Below are positions 1-10,333 of a stretch of 64,000 bases of DNA, in pieces. The stretch is from a virus. Numbering within the stretch: the first letter of the stretch is position 1; every line of letters starts with the position of its first letter. The notes beneath the pieces are model-generated. The model was not told where the DNA came from, ran no database searches, and saw nothing but the letters and a program-made list of their open reading frames with translations. Made by a program: the position numbers and the translations under genes. The stretch lies in IMG/VR virus record IMGVR_UViG_3300044568_003939; one strand, given 5' to 3'.

Positions 1-1
1 A

Positions 2-187
2 GTATTTGTTGCTGCGCTGGCAAGTGGTATTGCATGGTTTTTATTGGAGCAAACAGATATAGGAAGTCTATATAAAGCAATTACTTATGGAGTCATAGGC
101 GTAATTAGTCCTGAAATTATAGCAGGTTTGGTAAGCATTGGAAAAAAATTTGCGGCCAAACCAGAATCATTCTTACCTCGCAAATGA
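2..187 (+). CDS. partial membrane protein (possibly holin-like), 5' truncated
   Basis: Manual translation of frame 2 (VFVAALASGIAWFLL...PESFLPRK*) shows two hydrophobic segments; the stop overlaps the next ATG. Confidence 0.5.
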   Translation, partial: VFVAALASGIAWFLLEQTDIGSLYKAITYGVIGVISPEIIAGLVSIGKKFAAKPESFLPRK

Positions 188-390
188 ATACTCATCGAGT
201 TGCCGTCGCATCATTAGTCTGTATAGTTTTAGCTTTCATCATTAAAGGCTATTACATATTGCAACAAGTTGCAGCTGCAAATCAAACAGCGTTTGATTGT
301 GAAGTGGAAACACTCAAACAGTTTTTATATTTGTTTAGTGTATTTGTAGCTGTAATAGTATGGCCGTTCGTTTTTAAAATTAAAGTATAA
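184..390 (+). CDS. small two-TM membrane protein
   Basis: Two hydrophobic stretches in 68 aa. Confidence 0.5.
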   Translation: MNTHRVAVASLVCIVLAFIIKGYYILQQVAAANQTAFDCEVETLKQFLYLFSVFVAVIVWPFVFKIKV

Positions 391-399
391 ATATAACAT

Positions 400-672
400 A
401 TGAGTATTCCAAGTGTAAGTAATGCAAGAGTTTTTGATAGTGCAATGACATATGAAGTTCCAGCTTATACCAGTGGCTATCATGTTAGTACAAGTCATGC
501 TAGTAAATTTTTCAAAGGGCTTTTAATTAGCACGGATGGCAACCTTAAGATTATGGGTTGTGATGGCGTTGAAGTTACCTTCGCTGTGACCGCTGGGTTG
601 TATCCATTTGCTGGCATGAAGCTGGGTACTGCTGCCACATCACCTGCTACGGTTGCTGTAATACTATACTAA
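400..672 (+). CDS. hypothetical late (probably virion) protein
   Basis: Late promoter TATAAATA at 386-393, 6 nt upstream of the ATG. Confidence 0.55.
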   Translation: MSIPSVSNARVFDSAMTYEVPAYTSGYHVSTSHASKFFKGLLISTDGNLKIMGCDGVEVTFAVTAGLYPFAGMKLGTAATSPATVAVILY

Positions 673-678
673 TTGCAT

Positions 679-1707
679 ATGTTAGGCATAGGAATCAACC
701 TTTGGGGTAATATAAAAGACCCATACGGTCTATCCCTAGACTTACAGTTCGCCACCGACAAAACGCTGACGGCTCGCAAGGGTCCGACTCCGGTGTTGAC
801 CCGCGCATCTACTGCTACCTTTATTGGGAGTGACGGCTTAATCCAATCTGCTGCTATTAACCAAGCCCGCTTCGACCACGATCCAGCAACCCCCAGCGTC
901 TGTCGTGGTCTGCTTCTTGAGGAACAACGCACCAACCTGCTGTATCCAAGCAGTATTGCCGTCCCCCAACTTGCCACGCAAACAAGATCACTCGTCTCAT
1001 CTACCGTCTACACGTTGAGTTTCTACGGGACTGGCACGGTGGTAGTGTCTGGGAAGGCTACTGGTGCGCCATATACCATAGTTGGAACAGGGGCTTATCC
1101 GTCCCGAAGAATATTTTCTTTTACTGCGATTGGAGGGAACGTCACTTTTACCGTTTCTGGAATCGTGCAATACGCACAGCTTGAACAGAGCTCAGGCGGG
1201 ACAGCATCTAGCTTTATCCAGACAACCAGCGGACCTCTCGCCCGTAGCGCGGATGTTTGCAGTATTATCGGAGCGGACTTCACGAGCTTTTGGAACAGGT
1301 TCGCTGGCACCTGCGTGGTCGGAGTCGGCTCATCTGGGGCGTCAGTGAACGGCTTCGCTAACACCTTTGTTTGCACGTCGCCTTCAGCCCGCACATTTGC
1401 CATATTCGGGTCAACGGCCATATATTTTGCGCCACCACCACCACCTGATTTCACCGGAACAATCGTTGCGTCGGGAGCCACTTACCCGATAAAACTTGGA
1501 TTGGCTTACGCAATCAATGACTATCAAAGTTCATACAGTGGGCTTCTTGGTGATTCCGGCACAAATACGAACGGGACTATTCCAGACTCTACCGACTTGC
1601 GTATAGGCTACGATAATAGCGGGGCCTTTGGCACAAAGCACATTCAATTTGTCCGCTACTACAAGAAACGCCTGCCCAACGCCAAACTCCAAGCCATCAC
1701 TGCATGA
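679..1707 (+). CDS. putative virion fibre/decoration protein, beta-rich
   Basis: LTRASTATF...ARFDHDP...GLLLEEQRTN motif typical of phage fibre/spike proteins; Gly/Thr/Ser-rich. ATG at 679 preferred. Confidence 0.55.
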   Translation: MLGIGINLWGNIKDPYGLSLDLQFATDKTLTARKGPTPVLTRASTATFIGSDGLIQSAAINQARFDHDPATPSVCRGLLLEEQRTNLLYPSSIAVPQLATQTRSLVSSTVYTLSFYGTGTVVVSGKATGAPYTIVGTGAYPSRRIFSFTAIGGNVTFTVSGIVQYAQLEQSSGGTASSFIQTTSGPLARSADVCSIIGADFTSFWNRFAGTCVVGVGSSGASVNGFANTFVCTSPSARTFAIFGSTAIYFAPPPPPDFTGTIVASGATYPIKLGLAYAINDYQSSYSGLLGDSGTNTNGTIPDSTDLRIGYDNSGAFGTKHIQFVRYYKKRLPNAKLQAITA

Positions 1708-1991
1708 CCGACTACATTCTAAAATTCGCATCAAAAGCAATAGCCGAGCAGTTCGGCATCGCCAATGGGTTTGCTGCGCCTGATGATAACGGCGAGGTGC
1801 AATCCAATCTTGCGTCACACGAACACGCGCTGTGCGTTGTGGGCGAGTTTGCCGGAGAGTGGTGGGTGCTATTCCGTGATCTTGTCGGAATCCCGATTCC
1901 GGTAGGCGGCGAGCAGTTCGTCCACTGGTCAAGCGCATCGGGCGATCCCCGCCCAGTTGACGAGTCCGTCCCGAATATCTGGTGGGCATAA
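1704..1991 (+). CDS. hypothetical protein coupled to the fibre gene
   Basis: ATGA overlap with the upstream gene. Confidence 0.5.
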   Translation: MTDYILKFASKAIAEQFGIANGFAAPDDNGEVQSNLASHEHALCVVGEFAGEWWVLFRDLVGIPIPVGGEQFVHWSSASGDPRPVDESVPNIWWA

Positions 1992-2007
1992 GTTATAAAT
2001 ACAGTAT

Positions 2008-2754
2008 ATGGCGCGCCCTACTACACGACAAGGATTGGTTGACTATTGCCTACGAGCATTGGGCGCTCCTGTGCTTGAAATAAACATTGATGACGATCAG
2101 ATTGAAGACCGACTTGATGAGGCTATTCAATTCTATCAAGAATACCATAATGATGGTGTGACAAGAGTATTCTATAAACATGTCATTACTCAGACCGACT
2201 TTGACAACAGCTATTTTACTCTCCCAGACAGTTTGATTTGCGTGCTACGCGTAATGAATATCAACCGCGGCGATGCAAGTGATATGTTTAGTGTCAAGTA
2301 TCAGATGTATCTTAATGACCTGTATGGTCTTCGTCGCCCTGAGAGTATTATTAGTTATCAGATGACTAAAGAATATATGGGTTTGCTTGAAATGATTCTT
2401 ACTGGTTCTAGTCAGCAAATTACTTTTGCACGCCACATGAATCGCTTAAGCATTGATGATGACTGGAAGACTACTCTAAAAGTTGGGCAATATATTGTGG
2501 TTGAAGCATATCAAACAATTGATCCCAATGCATTTGGCGATGTATACAATGACATGGTACTTAAGCGTTATGCTACTGCTCTGTTAAAAAAGCAATGGGC
2601 TTCGAATATGTTGAAATTCGAAGGTATGCAACTGCCAGGCGGAGTTACACTAAACGGCCGAGCATTATTTGATGATGCAACGGCTGAAATCCAAAAGATT
2701 GAAGAAGACTTTGAGTCTCGTTATCAATTCCCGCCTGACTTTTATTGCGGCTAG
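2008..2754 (+). CDS. 13: neck protein gp13
   Basis: YCLRALGAPVLEINIDDDQIEDR and KFEGMQLPGGVTLNG motifs; T4-like synteny; late promoter at 1994-2001. Confidence 0.92.
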   Translation: MARPTTRQGLVDYCLRALGAPVLEINIDDDQIEDRLDEAIQFYQEYHNDGVTRVFYKHVITQTDFDNSYFTLPDSLICVLRVMNINRGDASDMFSVKYQMYLNDLYGLRRPESIISYQMTKEYMGLLEMILTGSSQQITFARHMNRLSIDDDWKTTLKVGQYIVVEAYQTIDPNAFGDVYNDMVLKRYATALLKKQWASNMLKFEGMQLPGGVTLNGRALFDDATAEIQKIEEDFESRYQFPPDFYCG

Positions 2755-2791
2755 TAGAATTCTTTGTCGGTTAAGTTTATAAATAACTCCA

Positions 2792-3709
2792 ATGGCACGC
2801 AATGTATATTTTTCCCATGGTACTCGTAGCGAAAAAAGCCTTTATGAAGATTTAATAATTGAAGCAATGTCCATTTACGGACATGATGTCTACTATATAC
2901 CACGCAAGGTGGTGCAATTGGATACCATTTTAAATGAAGACATGCTTTCGCGTTTTGAGAGTGCATTTAAAATTGAAATGTATGTTGAAAGCGTAGATGG
3001 CTTTGAAGGTGATGGTAAGCTAATGAATAAGTTTGGTTTTGAATTCCGAGACCAAGTTACTTTTGTTGTTGCTAATCGCCGTTGGAATCAGTTGATTGGC
3101 CGCTATGGTGTTACTGAAGGTGGTGCGCGCCCACGTGAAGGTGATCTTATCTATGTGCCATTGACAAAAGGCTTATTTGAGATTCGTTACGTTGAAGATA
3201 AAAAACCATTCTATCAAGCTGGTCAAGTTCCCACATTCAAATTGACATGTGAGAATTTTGAATATAGCAATCAGGACATTGATACTGGAGTTGGTGAAGT
3301 TGATGCTATACAATACACTGCAGCCCAAGCGCAAAGCGTACGCACAACTAGTGTGGCTGGGCAAACATTTACAGCCGGAGAAACGCTAACTGTTAGTTTG
3401 TCTGGCACAAGCGTTACTGGAACGCTCGAATTTCTTGGTTATTATAAAGATAGCAACGGTGTAGTGCGCACCAAACTTGGGGTACCTTCTTGGAATGACG
3501 CCGACTATCATATTATAGATGCAGGTGATACACTGACTAGCATTGATAACGGTTATGTTGTTACAATTCAAGAAGTATATGCAATGAGCAGTACTGATGA
3601 AGATGCATTTGAAAACGACATCAATGCTCAAAACGATGTTTTTGAAACCAACGGTGCAGCGTACATCGACTTTAGCCAAATGAATCCATTTGGCGAACCA
3701 GATCAATAA
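2792..3709 (+). CDS. 14: neck protein gp14
   Basis: YGHDVYYIPR, RPREGDLIY and NPFGE motifs; synteny. Confidence 0.92.
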   Translation: MARNVYFSHGTRSEKSLYEDLIIEAMSIYGHDVYYIPRKVVQLDTILNEDMLSRFESAFKIEMYVESVDGFEGDGKLMNKFGFEFRDQVTFVVANRRWNQLIGRYGVTEGGARPREGDLIYVPLTKGLFEIRYVEDKKPFYQAGQVPTFKLTCENFEYSNQDIDTGVGEVDAIQYTAAQAQSVRTTSVAGQTFTAGETLTVSLSGTSVTGTLEFLGYYKDSNGVVRTKLGVPSWNDADYHIIDAGDTLTSIDNGYVVTIQEVYAMSSTDEDAFENDINAQNDVFETNGAAYIDFSQMNPFGEPDQ

Positions 3710-3714
3710 CACAT

Positions 3715-4482
3715 ATGTTGGACAATTCTTACTACTATCATGGAACCATAAAAAAGATTGTGTCAGTATTTGGCACTCTTTTTAACAACATTCATACTGG
3801 CAAGTTGATTGCTGGTAAGCTAACTGCAGTTACTCGAGTTCCTATTGCATATGGGCCTAAAGAACATTGGCTTGCGCGTATTCGTCAAAACACCGTTGAC
3901 CAAAAAGAAACTGAAATTGCTATAAAGGTTCCGCGCATGAGCTTTGAAATAACAAGTATAACATATGATAGCGCATCCAAATTGAATCGGCTTAATCAGG
4001 AAATTGTAAATACCAATACTGCAACAGGTAAAAAAAATTATTATTGGCAAACTGTACCATACATAATTGGTATGCAGCTTAGTATATATGCACGCAATCA
4101 GGATGATGCATTGCAAATATTTGAGCAAATCATTCCAACATTTCCACCTGAATATAGCATAACTGTTATTGACTTGGCTGTGCCAGGAACAAATACCGTT
4201 GTTCCTATTACTTTAGTTGGAACAACGTTTAGTGATGATTATGAAGGAGACTATCAGACTAGTCGACGTACTCTAGTCTATACACTTGACTTTAACCTTA
4301 AAGTTCAATTTGCTGGTCAAACCAACACATCGAGTATTATCAAAAACATTGATGTAAACTTTCTTGATACAACTGCAGTCTCGCGCGGATTCCCACTAGA
4401 CAAAGTTAATGTGAAGCTTGGCAATATGACAACCGACACACCTGACAATTATACTGTGGTTACTACATTTGGGTTTGAATAA
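3715..4482 (+). CDS. 15: tail sheath stabilizer gp15
   Basis: FGTLFNNI, VPIAYGPK, PRMSFEI and EQIIPTF motifs. Confidence 0.92.
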   Translation: MLDNSYYYHGTIKKIVSVFGTLFNNIHTGKLIAGKLTAVTRVPIAYGPKEHWLARIRQNTVDQKETEIAIKVPRMSFEITSITYDSASKLNRLNQEIVNTNTATGKKNYYWQTVPYIIGMQLSIYARNQDDALQIFEQIIPTFPPEYSITVIDLAVPGTNTVVPITLVGTTFSDDYEGDYQTSRRTLVYTLDFNLKVQFAGQTNTSSIIKNIDVNFLDTTAVSRGFPLDKVNVKLGNMTTDTPDNYTVVTTFGFE

Positions 4483-4490
4483 TTTATAGT

Positions 4491-4955
4491 ATGAGTCTCA
4501 AACAAACAAAAACACGACAAGACATACTTGATTCGCTACAAAACAATTTACCAGCGGTTGTTGCAGAGCCTGTGGTGCAAAGCATCAAAAGTATGTTGCC
4601 ATCAGCGGATGATATTAGTGTTGATGTAGAGGAAGACTACAACTTTGCACGCGATCATATTAAAAAGTTGATTGGAACAAGTGATGAAGCAATTGCAACA
4701 ATGCATGCACTTGCGGCCGACGCTGAACACCCACGCGCATTTGAAGTGCTAGCTGCAATGATTAAGAGTGCTGCGGATATGAATAGTCAATTGCTAACAT
4801 TGCAACGCGACCGTAAGAAACTTGTGATTGAACCTGCGACTCCAAAGAGTCTAACTGTTGGCTCCAATACCACAAACAACAGTATCTTTGTTGGAACAAC
4901 CACTGAATTGCAGAAGTTCCTTAAAAGTCAAAGTGAAACAACAGTTGATGTTTGA
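4491..4955 (+). CDS. 16: terminase small subunit gp16
   Basis: EDYNFAR, HPRAFEV and NNSIFVGTTTELQKFL motifs; lies upstream of terL. Confidence 0.88.
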   Translation: MSLKQTKTRQDILDSLQNNLPAVVAEPVVQSIKSMLPSADDISVDVEEDYNFARDHIKKLIGTSDEAIATMHALAADAEHPRAFEVLAAMIKSAADMNSQLLTLQRDRKKLVIEPATPKSLTVGSNTTNNSIFVGTTTELQKFLKSQSETTVDV

Positions 4956-5168
4956 CCATCCCTTCGGGAACCTTTGGTCGAATGGATATATAATTAGATT
5001 GCCATTAGCGGTTTGATCTAAATCAATTGTAACAGGGTTCTGCAAACTTGTAAAGGTAAAAATAAATAAATATGTCGAGTCATCCAAACGGCAATCCTTA
5101 TGTATAAATAGATGTAAGAGTCAAAAGTTTAAAGATTGGCAATCTCTTGGAAAAGTATTACAATAATT

Positions 5169-6722
5169 ATGAATTCTGGACTTAACTATAATGGCAACCC
5201 ACACGTGAAGGGCGATGGTGTGCAGCAAAACTTTACCGCTCATGAGATAGTTGAATATCAGCGCTGCATGGCAGATGTTGGTTATTTTTGTGAGCAGTAT
5301 GTAAAGGTTATTCACTTGGATCATGGGCTTGTTCCTTTTAAGCTGCGTGGTTATCAAGAAAATATGGTAAAACATTTTAGTGATAACCGTTTCAATATAG
5401 TATTAGCATGTCGTCAAAGTGGTAAAAGTATAACAAGTGTGGCATGGCTCCTTCACTATGTCATCTTTAATCCTGACAAGACTATTGGTATACTTGCCAA
5501 CAAAGGTGCAACTGCACGTGAGATGTTGAGCCGCCTTACACTAATGTTGGAGAACCTGCCATTCTTCCTGCAGCCTGGGTGTAAGGTATTGAACAAAGGT
5601 AGTATCAAGTTTAGCAACAACAGCCAAATTATTGCAGCGGCAACTAGCGGTAGTAGCATTCGAGGCTTGAGTATGAATTGTGTGACAGGTGATACCAAAA
5701 TTTGCATATATGAAAATGATGCAATTTACTATGTTAAAATAGATGATTATATAAATAAAAGTAAACTCATCGAGGAACATATGTATTATACGGTTTATAA
5801 AATCACTAATAAAATTAATGGCAAAATCTATGTAGGTTATCATTCTACGTGTAACATAGATGATGGATATATGGGATCGGGTAAACTGATAAGAAGAGCT
5901 GTTGAGAAGTATGGGGTTGACCAATTTAATAAAGAAATCTTAGCTGTATACAATACCAAAGAAGAAGCTGAGGCTGAAGAAAAAAGAATTGTTGATCGTG
6001 ACTTTACTTTAAGAGAAGACACTTATAATCTATCAGTTGGAGGTAACGTTTGTGTACTGCATGGTGAAAATAATGGATTTTACGGAAAGACGCATAGTAA
6101 AGAAACTCGTGAAAAATTAAGTAAACAAAAAACCGGACTGCCTACTGGAAATGGTTATAAAATAGCACACACTGATGGAAGAATATTCCATACCGTAGAG
6201 GATGCAATAAATGAATTGGGTTATCTTAAAGATTGCAATGCCCACGCTGCGCGAGTAAAAGTAATTTATGAATGCGGCAATCCTAATGGTAATATACAGT
6301 ATGAATTGCCTGGTATTCAATCCGCAGCCGAAGAATTTTATCATAAAAGAAACCAAATGATAGAAGCTTTACCTGAAACGAGAAAATCTAATGGCCGGAT
6401 TGTATCGCAAAAATTAAAAGGTATGCCAAAGCCAGATGGGTTTGGCGAAAAGATTAGCAAGGCATTGACTGGTATGAAAAAGAGCGCAGACCACGTTTCA
6501 AAAATAAATCATAATCCAGAAAAGATACGTAAGACTGCTGAAAAACACAGAGGTATGAAACGTAGCGCAGAATCTAAAGATAAAATGTCACTTGCTAAAA
6601 AGGGAATGATTGCTAAGAATAAAGGTAAGAAATACTTCACCGATCCATCAGATGCATCCAAAAGAGGATATTACTTTCCGCATGAAGCGCCAACTGGATG
6701 GGTTAACACAACTAAGAAATGA
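5169..6722 (+). CDS. 17: terminase large subunit N-extein + short N-intein + in-frame GIY-YIG endonuclease
   Basis: Walker A region CRQSGKS; the extein ends SSIRGLSMN; intein block A CVTGDTKI begins at 5679; the frame continues into YTVYKITNKINGKIYVG...YMGSG. Likely start is ATG 5169. Confidence 0.9.
   Translation: MNSGLNYNGNPHVKGDGVQQNFTAHEIVEYQRCMADVGYFCEQYVKVIHLDHGLVPFKLRGYQENMVKHFSDNRFNIVLACRQSGKSITSVAWLLHYVIFNPDKTIGILANKGATAREMLSRLTLMLENLPFFLQPGCKVLNKGSIKFSNNSQIIAAATSGSSIRGLSMNCVTGDTKICIYENDAIYYVKIDDYINKSKLIEEHMYYTVYKITNKINGKIYVGYHSTCNIDDGYMGSGKLIRRAVEKYGVDQFNKEILAVYNTKEEAEAEEKRIVDRDFTLREDTYNLSVGGNVCVLHGENNGFYGKTHSKETREKLSKQKTGLPTGNGYKIAHTDGRIFHTVEDAINELGYLKDCNAHAARVKVIYECGNPNGNIQYELPGIQSAAEEFYHKRNQMIEALPETRKSNGRIVSQKLKGMPKPDGFGEKISKALTGMKKSADHVSKINHNPEKIRKTAEKHRGMKRSAESKDKMSLAKKGMIAKNKGKKYFTDPSDASKRGYYFPHEAPTGWVNTTKK
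5781..6722 (+). mobile_element. Seg-like GIY-YIG homing endonuclease with NUMOD3-type repeats (internal start)
   Basis: VYKITN..NGKIYVG, GYMGSG, FYGKTHSKETREKLS and HRGMKRSAESKDKMS motifs; own late promoter TATAAATA 5750-5757 and GAGGA just before ATG 5781. Confidence 0.85.
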
Positions 6723-8107
6723 TTGAGGTATTAACGCATAAAGGGTTTAAGCAATTTGATGGAATACTAAATAAGGGTGTTTCAGATAGTCTTCTATATA
6801 TTACATGTACTGCTGATAAGAGTATCAAATGCACGCCTGATCATGAACTTTTAATGGATGATGGTGAAACATATATACCTGCAAGATTTTTACAAATTGG
6901 AGATGTACTTTACACAAATATCTGTATAGAAAGTATAAATGAAATTGCAAATGAATCGGTTTATGATTTGCTAAATGTTAAAGATACTCATGCATATTAT
7001 ACAAATGGATTAATTAGTCATAACTGTATTTTTCTTGACGAATTTGCGTTCGTGCAAAATGCAAATGAGTTTTATACAAGTACCTATCCTGTTATTTCAT
7101 CTGGTAAAGATACCAAGGTGATCATCACAAGTACACCTAATGGCGTAGGCAATATGTTTTATCGCTTGTGGGAAGGCGCGGTACAAAAGACAAGCGAATT
7201 TAAACCATTCACAATCAAATGGAGCGATGTTCCTGGGCGGGATGAAGCATGGAAACGTCAAACAATTGCTAACAGCAGCGAATTGCAGTTTGCCCAAGAA
7301 TTTGAAGTTAACTTTATTGGCAGCAGCGCTACTCTAATTAGCAGTGAAGCACTACTAGGTCTAAAAGGCGTTGAGCCAAGCAAGCGCCAATATGGCATAC
7401 GCTATTATGATGATCCGGTTGAAGGGCATGAGTATATCATGACGGTTGATGTTTGCAAAGGGAGAGGGCAGGACTATAGTACATTTACAGTTTTCGATGT
7501 TAGCACCATGCCATTCAAGACGGTGTGTACTTATCGTGATAATCTAATTAGTCCACTGATATATCCAGAATTGATAGTGCGTGCCGCCAAGCAATATAAC
7601 AATGCAATGGTGGTTATTGAAAATAATGATGCTGGACAAGTTGTTTGTAATGCTGTATACTATGAATATGAATATGATAATATGTTTGTATCAAGTGCGG
7701 TCAAAAGCAACGGCATTGGCGTGGTAATGACAAAAAGAGTTAAACGAATTGGCTGTAGTAATCTTAAAGACTTGATTGAAAGCGGTAAGCTGGAAGTATG
7801 TGATATAGACACCATTTCAGAACTTAGCAGCTTTGAGCCAAAGGGCGACAGCTATGCGGCGCGTGGAAGTACGCACGATGACTTGGTAATGAATCTTGTA
7901 ATGTTTTCATGGTTTGTTAGCACTGATGCATTTGGCGGTATAAGTAATGTTGATCTTAAGCAACTCTTGTATAGCGAAAAGATACGAGAGATGGACGAAG
8001 ACGTTCCACTGTTTGGAATCATAAACAACTATGTGTCAGATGCTCCAGAAAGCTCTCAATACTATGAAGAAGCCCTAGAGCAAAACCGAGAATGGAGCGG
8101 CTTATAA
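6719..8107 (+). CDS. 17: C-intein (102 aa) + terminase large subunit C-extein
   Basis: Block B CTPDHELL, block F VYDLL, block G ISHN, then the +1 Cys (7025) and Walker B IFLDEFAF; nuclease motif HDDLVM. Confidence 0.92.
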   Translation: MIEVLTHKGFKQFDGILNKGVSDSLLYITCTADKSIKCTPDHELLMDDGETYIPARFLQIGDVLYTNICIESINEIANESVYDLLNVKDTHAYYTNGLISHNCIFLDEFAFVQNANEFYTSTYPVISSGKDTKVIITSTPNGVGNMFYRLWEGAVQKTSEFKPFTIKWSDVPGRDEAWKRQTIANSSELQFAQEFEVNFIGSSATLISSEALLGLKGVEPSKRQYGIRYYDDPVEGHEYIMTVDVCKGRGQDYSTFTVFDVSTMPFKTVCTYRDNLISPLIYPELIVRAAKQYNNAMVVIENNDAGQVVCNAVYYEYEYDNMFVSSAVKSNGIGVVMTKRVKRIGCSNLKDLIESGKLEVCDIDTISELSSFEPKGDSYAARGSTHDDLVMNLVMFSWFVSTDAFGGISNVDLKQLLYSEKIREMDEDVPLFGIINNYVSDAPESSQYYEEALEQNREWSGL

Positions 8108-8191
8108 AACAGTGTATTTTATAAATAGGATTATTGAAAGTCTTCTTATTATGACAACTTATTATAACACAACAACTGAAAATAAAAAAAT

Positions 8192-10294
8192 ATGGCACTA
8201 ACATCAGCCGGCGTCGAAATTAAAGAAATCGACCTAACAAACATCGTACCTTCACTTGCTACCAGCTTAGGTGGTTATGCAGGATCATTCAACTGGGGCC
8301 CTGCGGGTCAACTGGTTAACGTAAGCTCTGAAAAAGATCTTATTACACTATTTGGTGCGCCAAATAATACAAACACATTGCAAACAGCAAGCTTTTTCAC
8401 AGCTGCCAGCTTTCTAAAATATGGCAACAGTCTTAAAGTTTCTCGTTCGGTTGAAACAACCGATGTTAATGCAGCTTCACCATTTTTAACCACAGCAACT
8501 GGAGTAATTACTGTATTAAATTCGGCGCCTACTGCTGGAGGTACTCTTTATACCGTAGGCGACATTCTTACCATCACAGGTGGAACTACAGGAAATCTTG
8601 CAACTGTAACAGTCACAACTATTGGCGCTGGCGGGGCAGTCACTGGAGTATCACTTATTTCAGGTGGTTCGGGTTATACCACTGGTGGTAGCAAACCTAC
8701 AACTGTTGCATCTGGAACTGGAAGTGGTTGTACATTAAATATAACAACCATTGATGCTGGTTTTACTTATAGTGCATATAGCCCAGTGCTTATTAAAAAC
8801 AAAGATGTGTTTGATGCTATTACAGGTACAAATACTCTTAAAAGTGCAATTGTTGCGCGCTATGCAGGATCATTGGGTAATACACTTAAAGTTGTGATTT
8901 GCCGCGCAAATGCATTGGCCGCGGGTGGAACTGGTATTACTGCACGTACTGATGCTAGCGTGTTTTCATATGTCCCAGGTACAAGTACATATGCTACAGC
9001 TGTTGCAACTGCAAATAGCACACCGAGCACATTAGCTACCAACTTGAGCAAAGTTGTTGATGAAATTCATGTTGCTGTTATTGATAGCGACGGTTCATTT
9101 ACTGGTACGGCCGGCACAGTCCTTGAAAAATATGAAGGCCTTTCACTGTTCACCGATGCAAAAACCGAAAACGGTGCAACCAATTATTATCGTGAGGTAA
9201 TTAACCGTGCTTCAAATTACATCTATATCAATAAATTAAAAGACTCCCGTATTACAAGTGGTACTGCTGGCGTTGTTGAAGGTGAATTTGCAGTTACTGA
9301 TGTTACAGCTTTAAGTGCAATTACAACTCCTCTTGGTGCTAAAGCAAGCACAGGTGGTGTAACCATTACATTAACTGGTGGTGCAAACGTTGCAATGACT
9401 CCTACTGGTATGTCTACTGCATACGACTTGTTTGCTGACTCACAAAGCGTTGACATTGGTTTGCTGTTTGGTGAAGTTCACCAAACAACAGCTACTGCAG
9501 TTACTAATGATGCTAAACTTTCGGCTATTGTGAATGCTCGAAAAGATTGCGTTGGTTTCATAAGTGCTCCAATGTCCATCACTGGTCAATCTACTGATAC
9601 TGGTCGCTTTGGCGAAATTACAACAAAGCTAGGTACAACTGGTTGCCCAGTTAGCAGTTACATAGTAATGGATTCTTCACCAGTTTACGTGTACAACAAG
9701 TATAATGACAATTATCTTTATATTCCTGCTTGCGGCCATGTTGCTGGCTTATGTGCAAATACTGACGCTGTTGCTGATGCATGGTTTAGCCCAGCTGGGT
9801 TTAACCGTGGTCAATTGCAAGATGTAGTTAAACTTGCATACAATCCAAATCAAGCTGACCGTGATGCTTTGTATACTCAAGGTGTTAATCCAATTAGCGC
9901 ATTCCCAGGTCAAGGAGTTGTATTGTATGGAGATAAAACACGTTTGGCAAAACCAAGTGCATTTGATCGCATCAATGTTCGCCGCTTGTTCATTACACTT
10001 GAAAAGGCAATTGCTAACGCATCTAAATTTCAATTGTTTGAACAAAACGATGAATTTACACGTGCAGCATTTAAGAATATTGTTGAGCCATATCTGCGTG
10101 ATGTTCAAGGTCGTCGTGGTATCACTGACTTCCGCGTTGTTTGTGATGCTACAAACAACACTGGGCAAGTAATTGATAGCAATAGTTTTGTTGCTGACAT
10201 TTATATCAAACCAACTCGTTCAATCAACTTCATTACTCTCAACTTTATTGCTACTCGCACAGGTGTTGAGTTTAAAACAATTGTTGGTGCCTAA
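8192..10294 (+). CDS. 18: tail sheath protein gp18
   Basis: GVEIKEID, FNWGP, WFSPAGFNRG and FDRINVRRLF motifs. Confidence 0.96.
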   Translation: MALTSAGVEIKEIDLTNIVPSLATSLGGYAGSFNWGPAGQLVNVSSEKDLITLFGAPNNTNTLQTASFFTAASFLKYGNSLKVSRSVETTDVNAASPFLTTATGVITVLNSAPTAGGTLYTVGDILTITGGTTGNLATVTVTTIGAGGAVTGVSLISGGSGYTTGGSKPTTVASGTGSGCTLNITTIDAGFTYSAYSPVLIKNKDVFDAITGTNTLKSAIVARYAGSLGNTLKVVICRANALAAGGTGITARTDASVFSYVPGTSTYATAVATANSTPSTLATNLSKVVDEIHVAVIDSDGSFTGTAGTVLEKYEGLSLFTDAKTENGATNYYREVINRASNYIYINKLKDSRITSGTAGVVEGEFAVTDVTALSAITTPLGAKASTGGVTITLTGGANVAMTPTGMSTAYDLFADSQSVDIGLLFGEVHQTTATAVTNDAKLSAIVNARKDCVGFISAPMSITGQSTDTGRFGEITTKLGTTGCPVSSYIVMDSSPVYVYNKYNDNYLYIPACGHVAGLCANTDAVADAWFSPAGFNRGQLQDVVKLAYNPNQADRDALYTQGVNPISAFPGQGVVLYGDKTRLAKPSAFDRINVRRLFITLEKAIANASKFQLFEQNDEFTRAAFKNIVEPYLRDVQGRRGITDFRVVCDATNNTGQVIDSNSFVADIYIKPTRSINFITLNFIATRTGVEFKTIVGA

Positions 10295-10333
10295 TATAAA
10301 TAAACTTATAACAATTTAACATAGAAAAATAAT

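Noticed and set aside
6710-6725. Programmed frameshift joining the terL halves
   Set aside because: No canonical slippery heptamer or stimulatory structure was seen; the ATGA overlap matches the translational coupling used elsewhere in the window.
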